Source of the DNA: the human T2T-CHM13v2.0 reference genome, Homo sapiens
Assembly: GCA_009914755.4 (NCBI GenBank)
Contig: CP068257.2
Coordinates: 44,384,001 to 44,448,000, forward strand
Direction: 5' to 3'
Length of the DNA stretch: 64,000 nucleotides
Part shown: in pieces, positions 25,918 to 38,460 of the stretch
Layout of the letters: every line of letters begins with the position of its first letter
How positions within the stretch are numbered: the stretch's first letter is position 1
Translations under genes and position numbers: made by a program
The notes under the pieces: generated by a model
Databases searched by the model: none
The model's input: only the letters and a program-made list of their open reading frames with translations
Told to the model about the DNA's origin: nothing

Positions 25918-26640
25918 GTCTCCTGCGGTGTGGACGGGCCTCTCCAGTGTGTGCCAGCCTCCAATACCCCCGCGTCACCTGCGGTGTGGACGGGCCTCTC
26001 CAGTGTGTGCCAGCCTCCAATACCCCCGCGTCACCTGCGGTGTGGACGGGCCTCTCCAGTGTGTGCCAGCCTCCAATACCCCCGCGTCACCTGCGGTGTG
26101 GACGGGCCTCTCCAGTGTGTGCCAGCCTCCAATACCCCCATGTCTCCTGCGGTGTGGACGGGCCTCTCCAGTGTGTACCAGCCTCCAATACCCCCGCGTC
26201 ACCTGCGGTGTGGACGGGCCTCTCCAGTGTGTGCCAGCCTCCAATACCCCCGCGTCACCTGCGGTGTGGACGGGCCTCTCCAGTGTGTGCCAGCCTCCAA
26301 TACCCCCATGTCTCCTGCGGTGTGGACGGGCCTCTCCAGTGTGTACCAGCCTCCAATACCCCCGCGTCACCTGCAGTATGGATGGGCCTCTCCAGTGTGT
26401 GCCAGCCTCCAATACCCCTGTGTCACCTGCGGTGTGGACGGGCCTCTCCAGTGTGTGCCAGCCTCCAATACCCCCATGTCTCCTGCGGTGTGGACGGGCC
26501 TCTCCAGTGTCTGCCAGCCTCCAATACCCCCGCGTCACCTGCGGTGTGGACGGGCCTCTCCAGTGTGTGCCAGCCTCCAATACCCCCGCGTCACCTGCGG
26601 TGTGGACGGGCCTCTCCAGTGTGTGCCAGCCTCCAATACA
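25918..26640. repeat. Minisatellite, 56-bp unit x ~13 (TGCGGTGTGGACGGGCCTCTCCAGTGTGTGCCAGCCTCCAATACCCCCGCGTCACC)
   Basis: TGCGGTG recurs at 25924, 25980, 26036 and onward with a 56-bp period. The 325-aa + ORF and 201-aa minus ORF are repeat translations. Confidence 0.95.
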
Positions 26641-29600
26641 GTCTTGTCCTTCAACGAGGTCTTAGGGACAAGGTACAGGGGCAATTATCTTGCATTCACA
26701 GCAACAAATAAGTCAGTATGATGAACTTTCTACTGTGGTCAGCTGGAAAATTTCATCCTTGTCAGCGGGCACACAAAGACCTTCCTTAGTTCCCAGTTAA
26801 AAAGAAAAGGAAAAACAGGAACTGTCGGCCCGGGTGTGTGCATGTAGCCCAGGGGCCCCACAAAGACTGACCCGGCTTCCATCCCTGAGGCCCCGCAGAG
26901 ACTGTCCCGGCTTCCATCCTGAGGCCCGCAGAGCACTAGGCTGGGGGTGCGCCTGGGCAGGAGGCTGCACGGCAAAGGCACGGGGTGTGCCATGGAGTTT
27001 CCCCGGGAGCCGCAGCCCTGCCCACTCTACAGGGCCCCCGGGAAGTGACTGCCTTGCCAGACAACGGAATCCAGGGCCCAGCCACGGACAATCAGGGGAA
27101 GGCGTGGAGGGAGCGAGGAGAGACGGGAGCCGGGCATTGGAGGGATTACCAGGTTTGGGGTCCTGCAGGCAGAATTCAGGCGGCGGGGTGGGGACGCATC
27201 GCCCCCATAGTGAGCAGGGTCCATGCAGTGCAGCCCAACGGGGGCTTTGTCCTAAGGACTGTGGGCAGCTGCTGAGGGCGTTTGGGAACACCCCTCCCGG
27301 AGGGGTGAGGCGGCCCAGCCTGCGGCTGCCAGAGGACACAGGTTCTGCTGCGGAACCTGCAGACATGGCCATAACAGGCCACAGTGCTCGGGCCCACACA
27401 GCCTGGACCCACATGGCCCTGTGTCACCTCCTCAGGGGCAGGCTTCAGGGCCTCGACCCTAGAGGCTGCCCCTCGGTTCTGCTCCATGGACGGCGCAGGC
27501 AGGCCCAGGCCTGTGACGAGTTCACGGAAGCTCCAGGATGACCCCCGCTCTGCGCCCTCCTCCAGCATTCCAGACCACAAACCACTCTGGGCTAAAACGA
27601 GGCATCGCCAGAGCATCCCACTTCCTCGGAAAGCTGCGGTCTGGGGACGCGTCTTGGCCCTGAAGAGGCTCCAGATGGCTCCCATCAGGCCTCTCCGCCT
27701 ACGTGCGGCCGACATGGAGTGACAGAGCGTCGGGGACACAGAATTCAGAGCTGGGCCTGGGGCTGCTTTGAGATACTGATGGCTGCCAGGGGGCACAGAG
27801 ACCCGTCCTGCAGACAGGGCTGTGAGGGCCACAGGGGGCCTCGGGGAGAGGCAGTGGGAGGGAGGACAGTGGGGGCCTCCAGCTGGGTGAGCAGCTGGAG
27901 CGAGGGGGGCCCGGGGCTTGTGATGGTGCTGCCGACCCTAGAGGTGCCGGCCCCACGATGGAGAGCACGTAGTGCCCCCCGGGAGTCAGGAGGCCGGGCC
28001 TGACCTCGGGGGCTGCAGCCAGGGGAGGCCGGCACCCCAGATAACCCCCAAAGAACTGCAGGCCCTGAGGCGAGGCCAGAGTGGGGGCGGGGGCAGGTCC
28101 CAGCCGAGGAGGTGCTCCGTGCTGCCTCAGCAGAACCCATGATGGGCTGGCCCAAGGCTCTGAAGGTGGAAAGGCCTCACACATTCTGCCCCGGCTGACG
28201 CCTTCCTTGGGCCAGTGCTCGGGGGTGTGTAACAAACGCCAAGACGCATTGTAAAGAAGGAAGCCTGCGTTTCCATCACCGGCTTAATATCAAACAAAAG
28301 TGCAATTTTGAAAATGTAGTCCAAGGTTTTCTGTGGTGCGGAAATGGCCAGGCCAGACCTCCGTGGGTGGTCCTTCGTGTCCACGTCAGCGCCCTACATC
28401 CACACTGTGGGCACCATGACCTCACATGCGGAGCGGAGCAGGGCCGGCGCCCGGAGAGCCAGGCTGGTCACGAACGAGGCCTAGAGGGCGTCAGGCCCCA
28501 AAGCACTCACAGGCTTCTCCTCTGTCCTCGGGGCCTTCAGACACCTGCATGCGCCGATTCAGACACCCGCGCGCGCCGATTCCCCTGGCCATGGGGTTTC
28601 CAAAGTGTGTGCTCAGAGGACAGTTTCCTCCAGGATGACCTGTCAGTGGCTCTCTGTGCCGGGGACGTCGCGTGCTGGGTCCCGGTCTGAATGCTTCCTA
28701 ACGATTTACCCAGTTCCTTTTCTCCACTCAGGAGGCGTTTGCTGAGAGGCACAGGCTGAGCCCCCGTGCTGATGCCACGACCGAGGGAACGGGTCTCCCT
28801 GTCGGCGTGAACTGACCCGGCCAGGCGTCCACTGCCACTCGGACTGTCTCCCAGGCACGTGGCGCCCACACGGGCAGAACACGCCCTCCACACACGCGGC
28901 TTCGGGCAGAACACGAGGCGCCCTCCACACACGCGGCTTCGGGGCTTGTCATGAAAAAAGCTGAATGCTGGGGGTGCAGCTTTCACCAACAGAATCCCGT
29001 TTGGAAGGGACGCGGTGAGACATGATCCACCCTAAGTTGTGATCCTGGGTGAGCCGCCGTCCACACCCTGCTGAGGGTCCCTTCACCCACTTTATTCTCC
29101 AGAAAACCCTGCCCATCAGGGCTGAGTCCCACGCCTTCCCTCTCCGTCCAGGCCTGGCTTTGACCTCTGGGGTCGTGTGGGGCACAGGGGACACCCTATC
29201 CAGGCAGAGGCCCTACGGCTATCTGGAGGAAGTGGTGGGAGCTGGGCTTCTGCCTGGAGGATGCACCCAGAGGGGTCACAGTCCACACAGAGACACACGG
29301 GTGCCTTCCAGATGGCTGAGCCAGTCCAGCCCAGAAGGGCCTGGGGGTTGGGGGCTGCACCTGGCCTGTCCCCACCAGCAGGGCTCAGGGCTTCCCAAGG
29401 TGTGTGGGGGACGGGGCAGCACCTCTCAACCAGGTCACCTGAAACCCGAACTGAAAGGCATCCTAAGTTAAGACATTAACTCCCATTGTCAAGGTGCCAT
29501 CGTCAATTCTGTCTCCAAATCCTTCTTTGTTATTTCATGTATTCACAGAGTGACGCTCCGTGTTTCGTTCAGCCTGCAGGCCTGCAGAAGCTGCATCTCG

Positions 29601-30360
29601 GGATGGCCAAGAGCCCGGCCAGGCCCCACGGCTGCACCCAGGACGGGATTCATGCCCCATGCCTGGCTTCTCACGACCACAGAGTGCCTTTCCCGGGACT
29701 GGATGGAGGCAGAGTGAGAGAAGAGCCTGGAGCAAGTGTTTTGGACCACAGTGATCAAACACGGAGCCCGTGGGAGGACGTGGGAGGACGTGCGGGGCTT
29801 TGCCGGGCGAGCCCGATGCTGCTCACGGCACCTGGAGTGTTCGGGCCGCTATTTGGGCGGTGTTCTGAGCAGCCGTCAGACCTTGAGTTTTGCTGTCAAA
29901 AGCTCTTCTCTCCTGCCCCGAAATATACCCAGTCCATGCCCCAAGAGGAAAGGCCTTTGTGCCAGGTGGGCACCCGGCTGCCTCTTGGCAAAGACTTGTT
30001 GGAAAAATGAGTGAGTGACGAGGCTGCTGGTCAGCGTGTGGCCTGTGGCGTCACTGGGGCCTCTGGCGGCTGCTGGAACCAGAAGAGGAGCCTGCGCTGC
30101 AACCCAGGCCGCACCACATCAGGGTCTCACTGGGAGCCGGAGAGCTTGTTCCCAGGCAACCCTGAAACAGAGAAGTGTCCTTGGAGGCTTCACCCACGCA
30201 GACCCACGGCTTCCTGGTAGAAGCCGTCTGCACCCCCGCACTGACCTGGCTCTGTGAGGAGAGCGGGGAGGGGCTCCAGGGAAACATCCTGGCGTTGGCG
30301 TAGCCAGCCTGTGAGTCACGGGGAAGCCGGCTGCCCGGATGCCCCCCAAGGACCCGGTGA

Positions 30361-30901
<541 letters not shown>

Positions 30902-31150
30902 TAAACTTACAATTAAATACATTAAGTTAAATACCATGGTCACAAAGGTGCCTTCTGCCTCTGCATCTGCGCGGTGGAAACACCACTGCAGCGTTCAGGA
31001 GCTTCCTGAGGTGGTGTGTTCCCAGCTGGAATCAGCACTCGCGACGAATCCCAGGTGCTCTTCCTCAGGGCCAGTGGGTAAACAGTTACCAGCATGGTAG
31101 GCCTCACCACACCCCACCGCTGCCACCCGCGAGCCAGCCACGTCCCGCCC

Positions 31151-31298
31151 TCCACCCTCCCTCCAGCCCTTCCCAGGACCCTCTGCGTGTCCCTGGTCCT
31201 CGCGGCCTGCATCTGAGCGAGGCCCCCTCCATCCTCCCTCCAGCCTCTCCCAGGACCCTCTGCATGTCCCTGGTCCCCGTGGCCTGCATCTGAGCGAG
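31151..31298. repeat. Tandem duplication, 2 x ~74 bp (CCACCCTCCCTCCAGCCCTTCCCAGGACCCTCTGCGTGTCCCTGGTCCTCGCGGCCTGCATCTGAGCGAG)
   Basis: Two adjacent ~74-bp copies with a few substitutions. Confidence 0.85.
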
Positions 31299-31904
31299 TC
31301 TCCCGGGGGCTGCACAGCTGTCCCTGGGCCTTCAGCTTCTGACCGTCTCTTTGCTGCAGCTGGAGCCCTTTCTTGGGCACCTGCGCACACTCAGGGCTTC
31401 CACCCCAGATCTGGCGTCCCCCAGAGCAGCTCTGTCTTTGAAATCTTCTCCTTGGGGTGTCCTCTGTGAACACCCTCACTTCACCTCTGGCACCAGGGCC
31501 GCTGAGTGACCAACCTCTCCTCCTGGGGGTTCAGCTCCCTCTGGTTTCAGTCCCTCCCCACCCAGCGGGGACACGGCCACTCACTTCCAGGTGGGCTCCC
31601 CAGCCGAGGTCAGTCCCCAGGCCAGGGAAGACAGGCTGGGCGCAGGGACCAGGGGGGCCTGTGGGGGATCGTGGCAGGGAACGATGGCACTGCGGCCGCA
31701 CCGTCAAAGCCCACAGGCCTTCTTCTCCATCATAGGTGGGCCGTTCAGCTGCGGCTGGGGTCCCAGGGCCTCCGAGATCCCTCTTTTCCATTCCCCACAG
31801 CATGGGCTCTGAGCCTTCCTCCTCCCACGCCTGTTTCCACCCCAGCCCAGCTCCCTTGTTCTCAGCAGAGGGCCATGAACTGTGAGCCTCTCTTGTGTGT
31901 TTGA

Positions 31905-32275
31905 GGGTGCCATGTGGTGGGACTTGGCTGTGTCCCCAGCCAGTCTCTCCGGGAATTGTAATCATCCCCACACGTCAAGGGCGGGGCCAGGTGGAGATAA
32001 TTGAATCATGAGGGCGGTTTCCCCCGTACTGTTCTCGTGGTAGTGAATAAGTCTCGTGAGATCTGATGGTTTTATAAAGAGGAGTTCCCCTACACAAGCT
32101 CTCTTGTCTGACACCACGTAAGATGGCGCCTTTGCTTCTCCTTCACCTTCCTCCATGACTGTGAGGCCTCCCCAGCCATGTGGAACTGTGAGTCCATTAA
32201 GCCTCTTTCCTTCATAAATTACCCGGTCTCAGGTATGTCTTTATTAGCAGTGTGAGAACAGACAAATACACAGGG
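31905..32275 (+). mobile_element. MaLR LTR (THE1/MST-like solo LTR), + orientation
   Basis: TGGCTGTGTCCCCAGCC..GGGAATTGTAATCATCCCCACACGTCAAGGGCGGGGCCAGGTGGAGATAATTGAATCATGAGGGCGGTTTCCCCCGTACTGTTCTCGTGGTAGTGAATAAGTCTCGTGAGATCTGATGGTTTTATAAAGAGGAGTTCCCCTACACAAGCTCTCTTG..GAGGCCTCCCCAGCCATGTGGAACTGTGAGTCCATTAAGCCTCTTTCCTTCATAAATTACCCGGTCTCAGGTATGTCTTTATTAGCAGTGTGAGAACAGACAAATACACAG follows the canonical THE1 LTR layout. Confidence 0.85.
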
Positions 32276-32750
32276 GAGGTTGGCCCACATGCTGCCGACC
32301 GACATCATCTGTTTAAAGCTGACTCCTTGAAAATCAGCTGTGAGTAAAGGGGGCGTTCCAAACTCAGGCCCTTAGAGCCAGCGTGTGTGGCCCAGTAGCC
32401 AGAGCACAGTATGCCTCTCGGCCAGTGGGACCAGGGGCTGGGGCAGACCCCGAGCCGGAGCCTGCATCCAGCCCCCGAACGTTCTCCCACTGCCATCTAC
32501 TTGGCCAAGAGGTACCTGACCAAGCTTGGTACCTTGGAGAATGCCACAAATAAAAATTAGCCCAGCGGGGTTCCGGCATCTACTTACTGCAAACCCTCAC
32601 TTCCTTCACACGTGTCTCTGCAGGCAGGTCTGGTCTGGGGAGTTTCTGCCCATATCACAGGCAGAGTCTGACCCTCCAATCCTTCTCTCATTCTCAGGTT
32701 CACAAAGCTGAGTGAAGTCCAAACAGGAAAAGCCCAAATAGAGCCACACT

Positions 32751-33183
32751 CAGACACACCACAACTCAGACACATCACAACTCAGACACACCACAACTCA
32801 GACACACCACAACTCAGACACACCACAACTCGGACACACCACAACTCAGACACACCACAACTCAGACACACCACAACTCAGAAACACCACAACTCGGACA
32901 CACCACAACTCGGACACACCACAACTCGGACACACCACAACTCGGACACACCACAACTCGGACACACCACAACTCAGAAACATCACAACTGAGACACACC
33001 ACAACTCAGAAACACCACAACTCAGACACACCACAACTCAGACACATCACAACTCAGACACACCACAACTCAGACACACCACAACTCAGAAACATCACAA
33101 CTCAGACACACCACAACTCAGACACACCACAACTCAGAAACATCACAACACAGACACATCACACACTCAGACACATCACAACC
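32751..33183. repeat. Minisatellite, 16-bp unit x ~27 (CAGACACACCACAACT with CATCAC, CGGACA and GAAACA variants)
   Basis: Direct tandem reading. The 62-64 aa minus ORFs (CGVSELWCV repeats) are translations of it. Confidence 0.95.
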
Positions 33184-33265
33184 TAACTTCTGAAAACTAA
33201 AGACAAAAATATAAAAGAACAACAATTGAAATGACTGCAAATTTCCCATTAGAAACCATGGAAGC

Positions 33266-33556
33266 AGCTGCGCACAGTGGCTCACACCTGTAATCCTAAC
33301 ACTTTGGGAGACTGAGGCAGATGGATATCACCTGAGGCCAGGAGTTCGAGGCCAACCTGGCCAACATGGCAAAAGCCCATCTCTACTAAAAATGCAAAAA
33401 TTAGCCAGGTGTGGTGCACACCTGTAGTCCCAGATACTTAGGAGACTGAGGCAGGAGAATCACTTAAACCTGAGAGGCGGAGGCTGCAGTGAGCCAAGAT
33501 CGCGCCACTGCACTCCAGCCTGCGCAACGGAGTGAAAAGAAAAAAGAAAAAAAGAA
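33266..33556 (+). mobile_element. Alu, full length, + orientation
   Basis: GCTGCGCACAGTGGCTCACACCTGTAATCCTAACACTTTGGGAGACTGAGGCAGATGGATATCACCTGAGGCCAGGAGTTCGAGGCC..CACTGCACTCCAGCCTGCGCAACGGAGTGAAAAGAAAAAAGAAAAAAAG. Confidence 0.9.
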
Positions 33557-33584
33557 ACCATGGAAGCCAGGAAAAAGTGGCACT

Positions 33585-33829
33585 TTGAGACGGAGCCTTG
33601 GCTCACTGCAGCCTCCGCCTCCCAGGTTGAAACAATTCTCCTTCCTCAGCCTCCTGAGTAGCTGGGATTACAGGCGCCTGCAACCACGCCCAGCTAATTT
33701 TTATATTTTTAGTACAGACGGAGTTTCACCATGTTTGCCATGCTGGTCTCAAACTCCTGACCTCAGGTGATACGCCTACCTCAGCCTCCCAAAGTGCTGG
33801 GATTACAGGCATGAGCCACTACGCCCAAC
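33585..33829 (-). mobile_element. Alu, minus orientation, lacking a poly-T and with a ~40-bp internal deletion near its 3' (minus-strand 5') end
   Basis: GAGACGGAGCCTTGGCTCACTGCAGCCTCCGCCTCCCAGGTTGAAACAATTCTCCTTCCTCAGCCTCCTGAGTAGCTGGGATTACAGGCGCCTGCAACCACGCCCAGCTAATTTTTATATTTTTAGTACAGACGGAGTTTCACCATGTTTGCCATGCTGGTCTCAAACTCCTGACCTCAGGTGATACGCCTACCTCAGCCTCCCAAAGTGCTGGGATTACAGGCATGAGCCACTACGCCCAACC. Confidence 0.85.
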
Positions 33830-34514
33830 CTGGCACATTGTTTAATTGCTGAAAGAAAATAATTATCAGTTCAGGAGTCTATATCCAGCAAAAATATCCT
33901 TCAGGGATGAGGGTGAAATGGAGACATTCTCAGATGAAGAAAAACTAAGAAAATTTGCTGCCAGCACATATACCCTAAAAGAATGCCTAAAAGAGTTTTT
34001 TCAGATAGAAAAACATCAGGAATGAAGGAAGAGCAACAAAAATGATAAATATTGAGGAAATGTAATAGACTGTTCTTCAGTTCTTTAAAATAATGTTTGA
34101 TGATGAAAAGCAAGTACTGTAGTATTGTTGGGCGGAGTTTCAGCACATGCAGATGTATCAACTAAGACGGACTGCAGCATGAAAGATGCAGGTCCAGGAA
34201 GCTACACGGTGGCAAGAGTTCCACAAAACACTTGAAATGCTAAAATACTGATTCCAAGGAGACTGTGAAAGGTGAAGTATGCATATGGTAATCCCCAGAA
34301 AACCAGTAAATATTCTACAGAGCTATATCATCAACAACACAATAGGTAGCTTAACATACTGAAAAATGTTCAAATAACCAAAAGACAGGAATGAAAAGAC
34401 AAAAGAACAAAAAAATGGAGGAAATAAGCAGAAAACAAATAATAAAATGGTAGGTTTGAATCCAAACATATCAATAATGACATTAAATGTAACTGGTCTA
34501 AATTAAAAGACAGA

Positions 34515-34820
34515 GACCTGGTGCCATGGCTCGTACCTGTCATCCCAGCACTTTGGGAGGCCAAGGCAAGAGGATCACTTGAGGCCAGGAGTTCAAGACC
34601 AGCCTGGGCAACACAGTGGGACGCTGTCTCTACAGATTTTTTTTTTAATTACCCAGGCATATGGTGTGCGCCTGTGGTCCCAGCTAGTCAGGAGGCCAGG
34701 GTGGGAGGATCGCTTGAGCCCAGGAGGTCGAGGCTGCAGTGATGTGATCATGATACTGTACTCCGGCCTGGGCAACAGAGTGAGACCGTATCTCTACAAA
34801 AAAAATTAAAAATTAAAAAA
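34515..34820 (+). mobile_element. Alu nested in the L1, full length, + orientation
   Basis: GACCTGGTGCCATGGCTCGTACCTGTCATCCCAGCACTTTGGGAGGCCAAGGCAAGAGGATCACTTGAGGCCAGGAGTTCAAGACCAGCCTGGGCAACACAGTGGGACGCTGTCTCTACAG..GGCAACAGAGTGAGACCGTATCTCTACAAAAAAAATTAAAAATTAAAAAA. Confidence 0.9.
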
Positions 34821-35061
34821 GACAGATGGTCACAATGGATTTCTTTAAATGACCCACCTATATTTCTACCCTCAAGAAACTCACTTCAAAGATAATATTG
34901 GTAGGTCAGTGTTAAAAGGATAGAAAAAGATATATCATCATGCAGGCACAAATTTTAATAAACTGAACTGCCTATATTAATATCAGATAAAGTGGACTTC
35001 AGAGAAAAGAAAATTATCGGCAGCAAAGAGGTAAATTACGTGATGATAAAAGGGTCAATTC

Positions 35062-35530
<469 letters not shown>

Positions 35531-35647
35531 CTAATTGAATTTATGGAACACTCCACCCAACCAGAGCAGAAAACAAAGACTTCTCAAGGGCACCTGGAAC
35601 ATTTACCAAGAGAGGCGGGTGATGCCCAGAGTCATTAAAAAATCTTA

Positions 35648-35827
<180 letters not shown>

Positions 35828-37416
35828 TTATAATGAAATTAAACTAGTTATAACAGAGATACATGCTTAAAAGTTAAGCACTGTACTGCTTAAAAGCTGG
35901 TTAAAAGTTAAGCACCGTACCACTAAATAATCCAGAAAGAGAAAGTCTCTAGGGAATTTAAAGATAATATTTAACTGAACAAAAATGAAAATATATAAAA
36001 ACCTGAAGTATGTAACTAAAGTAGTGATTGGAGGAAAAGTTACAACACTAAATGTCTATATTACGAAAGAAGAAAGATCTCAAAAGAATAATCCAAGCTT
36101 TCACCTCAAGAAATTATTTTGAGACAGCAAAATAAACCCAAAGCAAGTAGAACAAAGGAACAGAAATCAATGAAACTTAAAACATGATGGAGAAAATCAG
36201 TGGAAAGAGAGCTGGTTTCTGAGACAATTAATAAAATCATAAAACTTTAGCAAAATTGACAAAAAATGAGAGAATAAATAATATCAGGAATAAAAGAAGG
36301 GATATCAAAATTATAGACTCTGTAGACGTTAAAAGGAAAACAGAATACTACAAATCTACACACACAGATTCAACACATTGCATGAAATTAACCAATTACT
36401 CAAAAACAGCAAGCTACCAAAACATCTCCAAGTGGAACAGATAATCCAAATAGTTCTATAACTCTTAAATAAATGGAATTTCTTTAATAAATTCCTTAGT
36501 TAACATGCCTTCCAAAAAAGAAATATCCAGGCCCGGATGGTTTCACCATCTGGTGAATTCTACCAAACATTTAAAGAGGAAATAGTACCAATTCCATCTA
36601 ATATCTTCCAGAAAATAGAAGAAAGAGCACTTCCTGTGTGATTATATGAAACCAATATTACCCTGACACCAAAAGAAGACAAAAACAACATTTTAAAATG
36701 GCACACTAATATCTGTCATGAACAAAGATGCAAAAATCATCAACAAACTTAGCAAATCGAATACAGAAATATATAAAAATAATTATAAGCCATGATCATG
36801 TAGGATTTATTCCAGGAATGCAAATGCTCTTCGACAGTTGACGGGGTAAATAAACTTGGACATCCACACAGGGAATACTACTCGGTAACATGAAGGAACA
36901 ACTATTGAGACATGCAACAATTTAATGGATCTTAAATGCATTATACTCAATGAAAAAGGCCAATCTCTCTCTCTCTTTTTTTCTCTCTCTCTATATGTAT
37001 ATATTTTATCCTATATAGTTTCATTTACATAATATTCTTGAAATAACAAAGTTGTAGAGCTAGAGAACAGATAAGTAGTTGCCAGGGGTTAGGGTTTGAG
37101 GCAGAATGTGACTGAAAAATGAATGAAAAAGTCATATATCCCGACTGTGATCATAGCTGCACAAATCCATAAGTTTGTGAACTACGAACAGAAAAAATAC
37201 ATGTGAAAAACTGACAAAATCTGAACAAGATCTGTAGCTCAGTGAACAGTTTGGTACCAATGTCAGTTTCTTGGTTTTGATATGCTTTGATTTTGATAGT
37301 TATGTAGATAATATTGAAAGCACTGGTTGAAGAGCATATGAGAACTCTGTACGTTCTTTGCAACTTCTCTGTGAGCTCTAAAATTATTTCAAAATTCAAA
37401 CTTTTTTTAAAAAAAA

Positions 37417-37565
37417 GGCTGGGTATGGTGGCTTCTGCCTGTAATCCCAGGACTTTGGGAGGCCGAGGTGGGAGGATTGCTTGAGCCCAGGAGTTCAAGG
37501 TGAGCCTGGGCAACATGGCAAAACCTCATCTCTAAAAAAAAATACAAAAAGTTAAAAAAAAAAAG
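37417..37565 (+). mobile_element. Alu free-left-monomer-like element (FLAM) with an A-rich tail, immediately 3' of the L1 tail
   Basis: GGCTGGGTATGGTGGCTTCTGCCTGTAATCCCAGGACTTTGGGAGGCCGAGGTGGGAGGATTGCTTGAGCCCAGGAGTTCAAGGTGAGCCTGGGCAACATGGCAAAACCTCATCTCTAAAAAAAAATACAAAAAGTTAAAAAAAAAAA. Confidence 0.8.
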
Positions 37566-38015
37566 GGGGGGAGAAATAATTAGAACAGATACTGCCTGAA
37601 AGAAGATACACATGCAATTGGCCAGTGAGCTCAGGAACCAGAGCTCAGACCCAACCACCATCAGGGACACCCAGAGGAGAACCGCGATCAGAGCCCACGG
37701 CACACCCACAACCATAGTGGAAACTTCAGGCAAGTGTTTACTGAGGATGTGGAAGAATCGGAACTCTCAGGCACCACTTGTGAGAATGTAAGATGGTGCA
37801 ACCGCCCTGGGAAACCAGCAGCTTCACAGGAAGTTAAACACGCAACTGCCTCGTACCCCGGCCACTCGAGTCCACGCGTTTACCCACAAGAAACAGAAGG
37901 ACACATCCTCACCAAGGCTCAGGCCCAAGTGTTCACAGCAGGCTTCATCACAATGGACCCCAAACCAGAGCAACTGTGGCACAGCCATGCCAGGGGACAT
38001 TCGGCAATCACAGGT

Positions 38016-38334
38016 GTTTTTTATTTTTTATTTTTTTGTTTTTGTTTTTTTGAGATGGGAGTCTCACTCTGTCGCCCAGGCTGGAGTACTATGGTGTGAT
38101 CTCAGCTCACCGCATCCCCTGCCTCCCAGGTTCAAGCAATTCTTCGGCCTCAGCCTCCGGAGTAGCTGGGATTACAGGTGCCCGCCACCGTGCCCAGCTG
38201 ATTTTTGTGTTTTTAGTAGAGATGGGGTTTCACCATGTTGGCCAAGCTGGTCTTGAACTCCTGACTTCAGGTGATCTGCCCACCTCGGCCTCCCAAAGAG
38301 CTGGGATTATAGGCGTGAGCCACCACCGGCCCGG
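38016..38334 (-). mobile_element. Alu, full length, minus orientation, lying directly 5' of the large 39-bp VNTR
   Basis: T-rich tract then GAGATGGGAGTCTCACTCTGTCGCCCAGGCTGGAGTACTATGGTGTGATCTCAGCTCACCGCATCCCCTGCCTCCCAGGTTCAAGCAATTCTTC..CCTCCCAAAGAGCTGGGATTATAGGCGTGAGCCACCACCGGCCCGG. Confidence 0.9.
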
Positions 38335-38460
38335 CAATCGAACTTGGATGCACCTCAAAAACAAATGCCGAGGCCAGAAGAGTCCATATTGTCTTACTCC
38401 ACCACAGGAAAGCCACACACAAACCCATCCATGGTGACAAAGTGCCAGTCAGTGATTGTA

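Noticed and set aside
24361-26640. CRISPR-like appearance of regularly spaced direct repeats
   Set aside because: The repeats are contiguous head-to-tail with no unique spacers. The units are GC-rich minisatellites in Alu- and L1-containing primate DNA, and there are no cas genes. These are VNTRs, not CRISPR arrays
25734-26711. 325-aa + ORF and 201-263 aa ORFs on both strands
   Set aside because: These are translations of the 56-bp minisatellite (25918-26640). Periodicity in the peptide exactly follows the repeat unit
37080-37100. TTAGGG-like motif (GGGGTTAGGGTTTGAGG) as a possible telomeric or interstitial telomere repeat
   Set aside because: It is a single 1.5-copy occurrence inside the L1 3' UTR (the GTTGCCAGGGG..GGG region of the L1 consensus). 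No (TTAGGG)n array exists anywhere in the window
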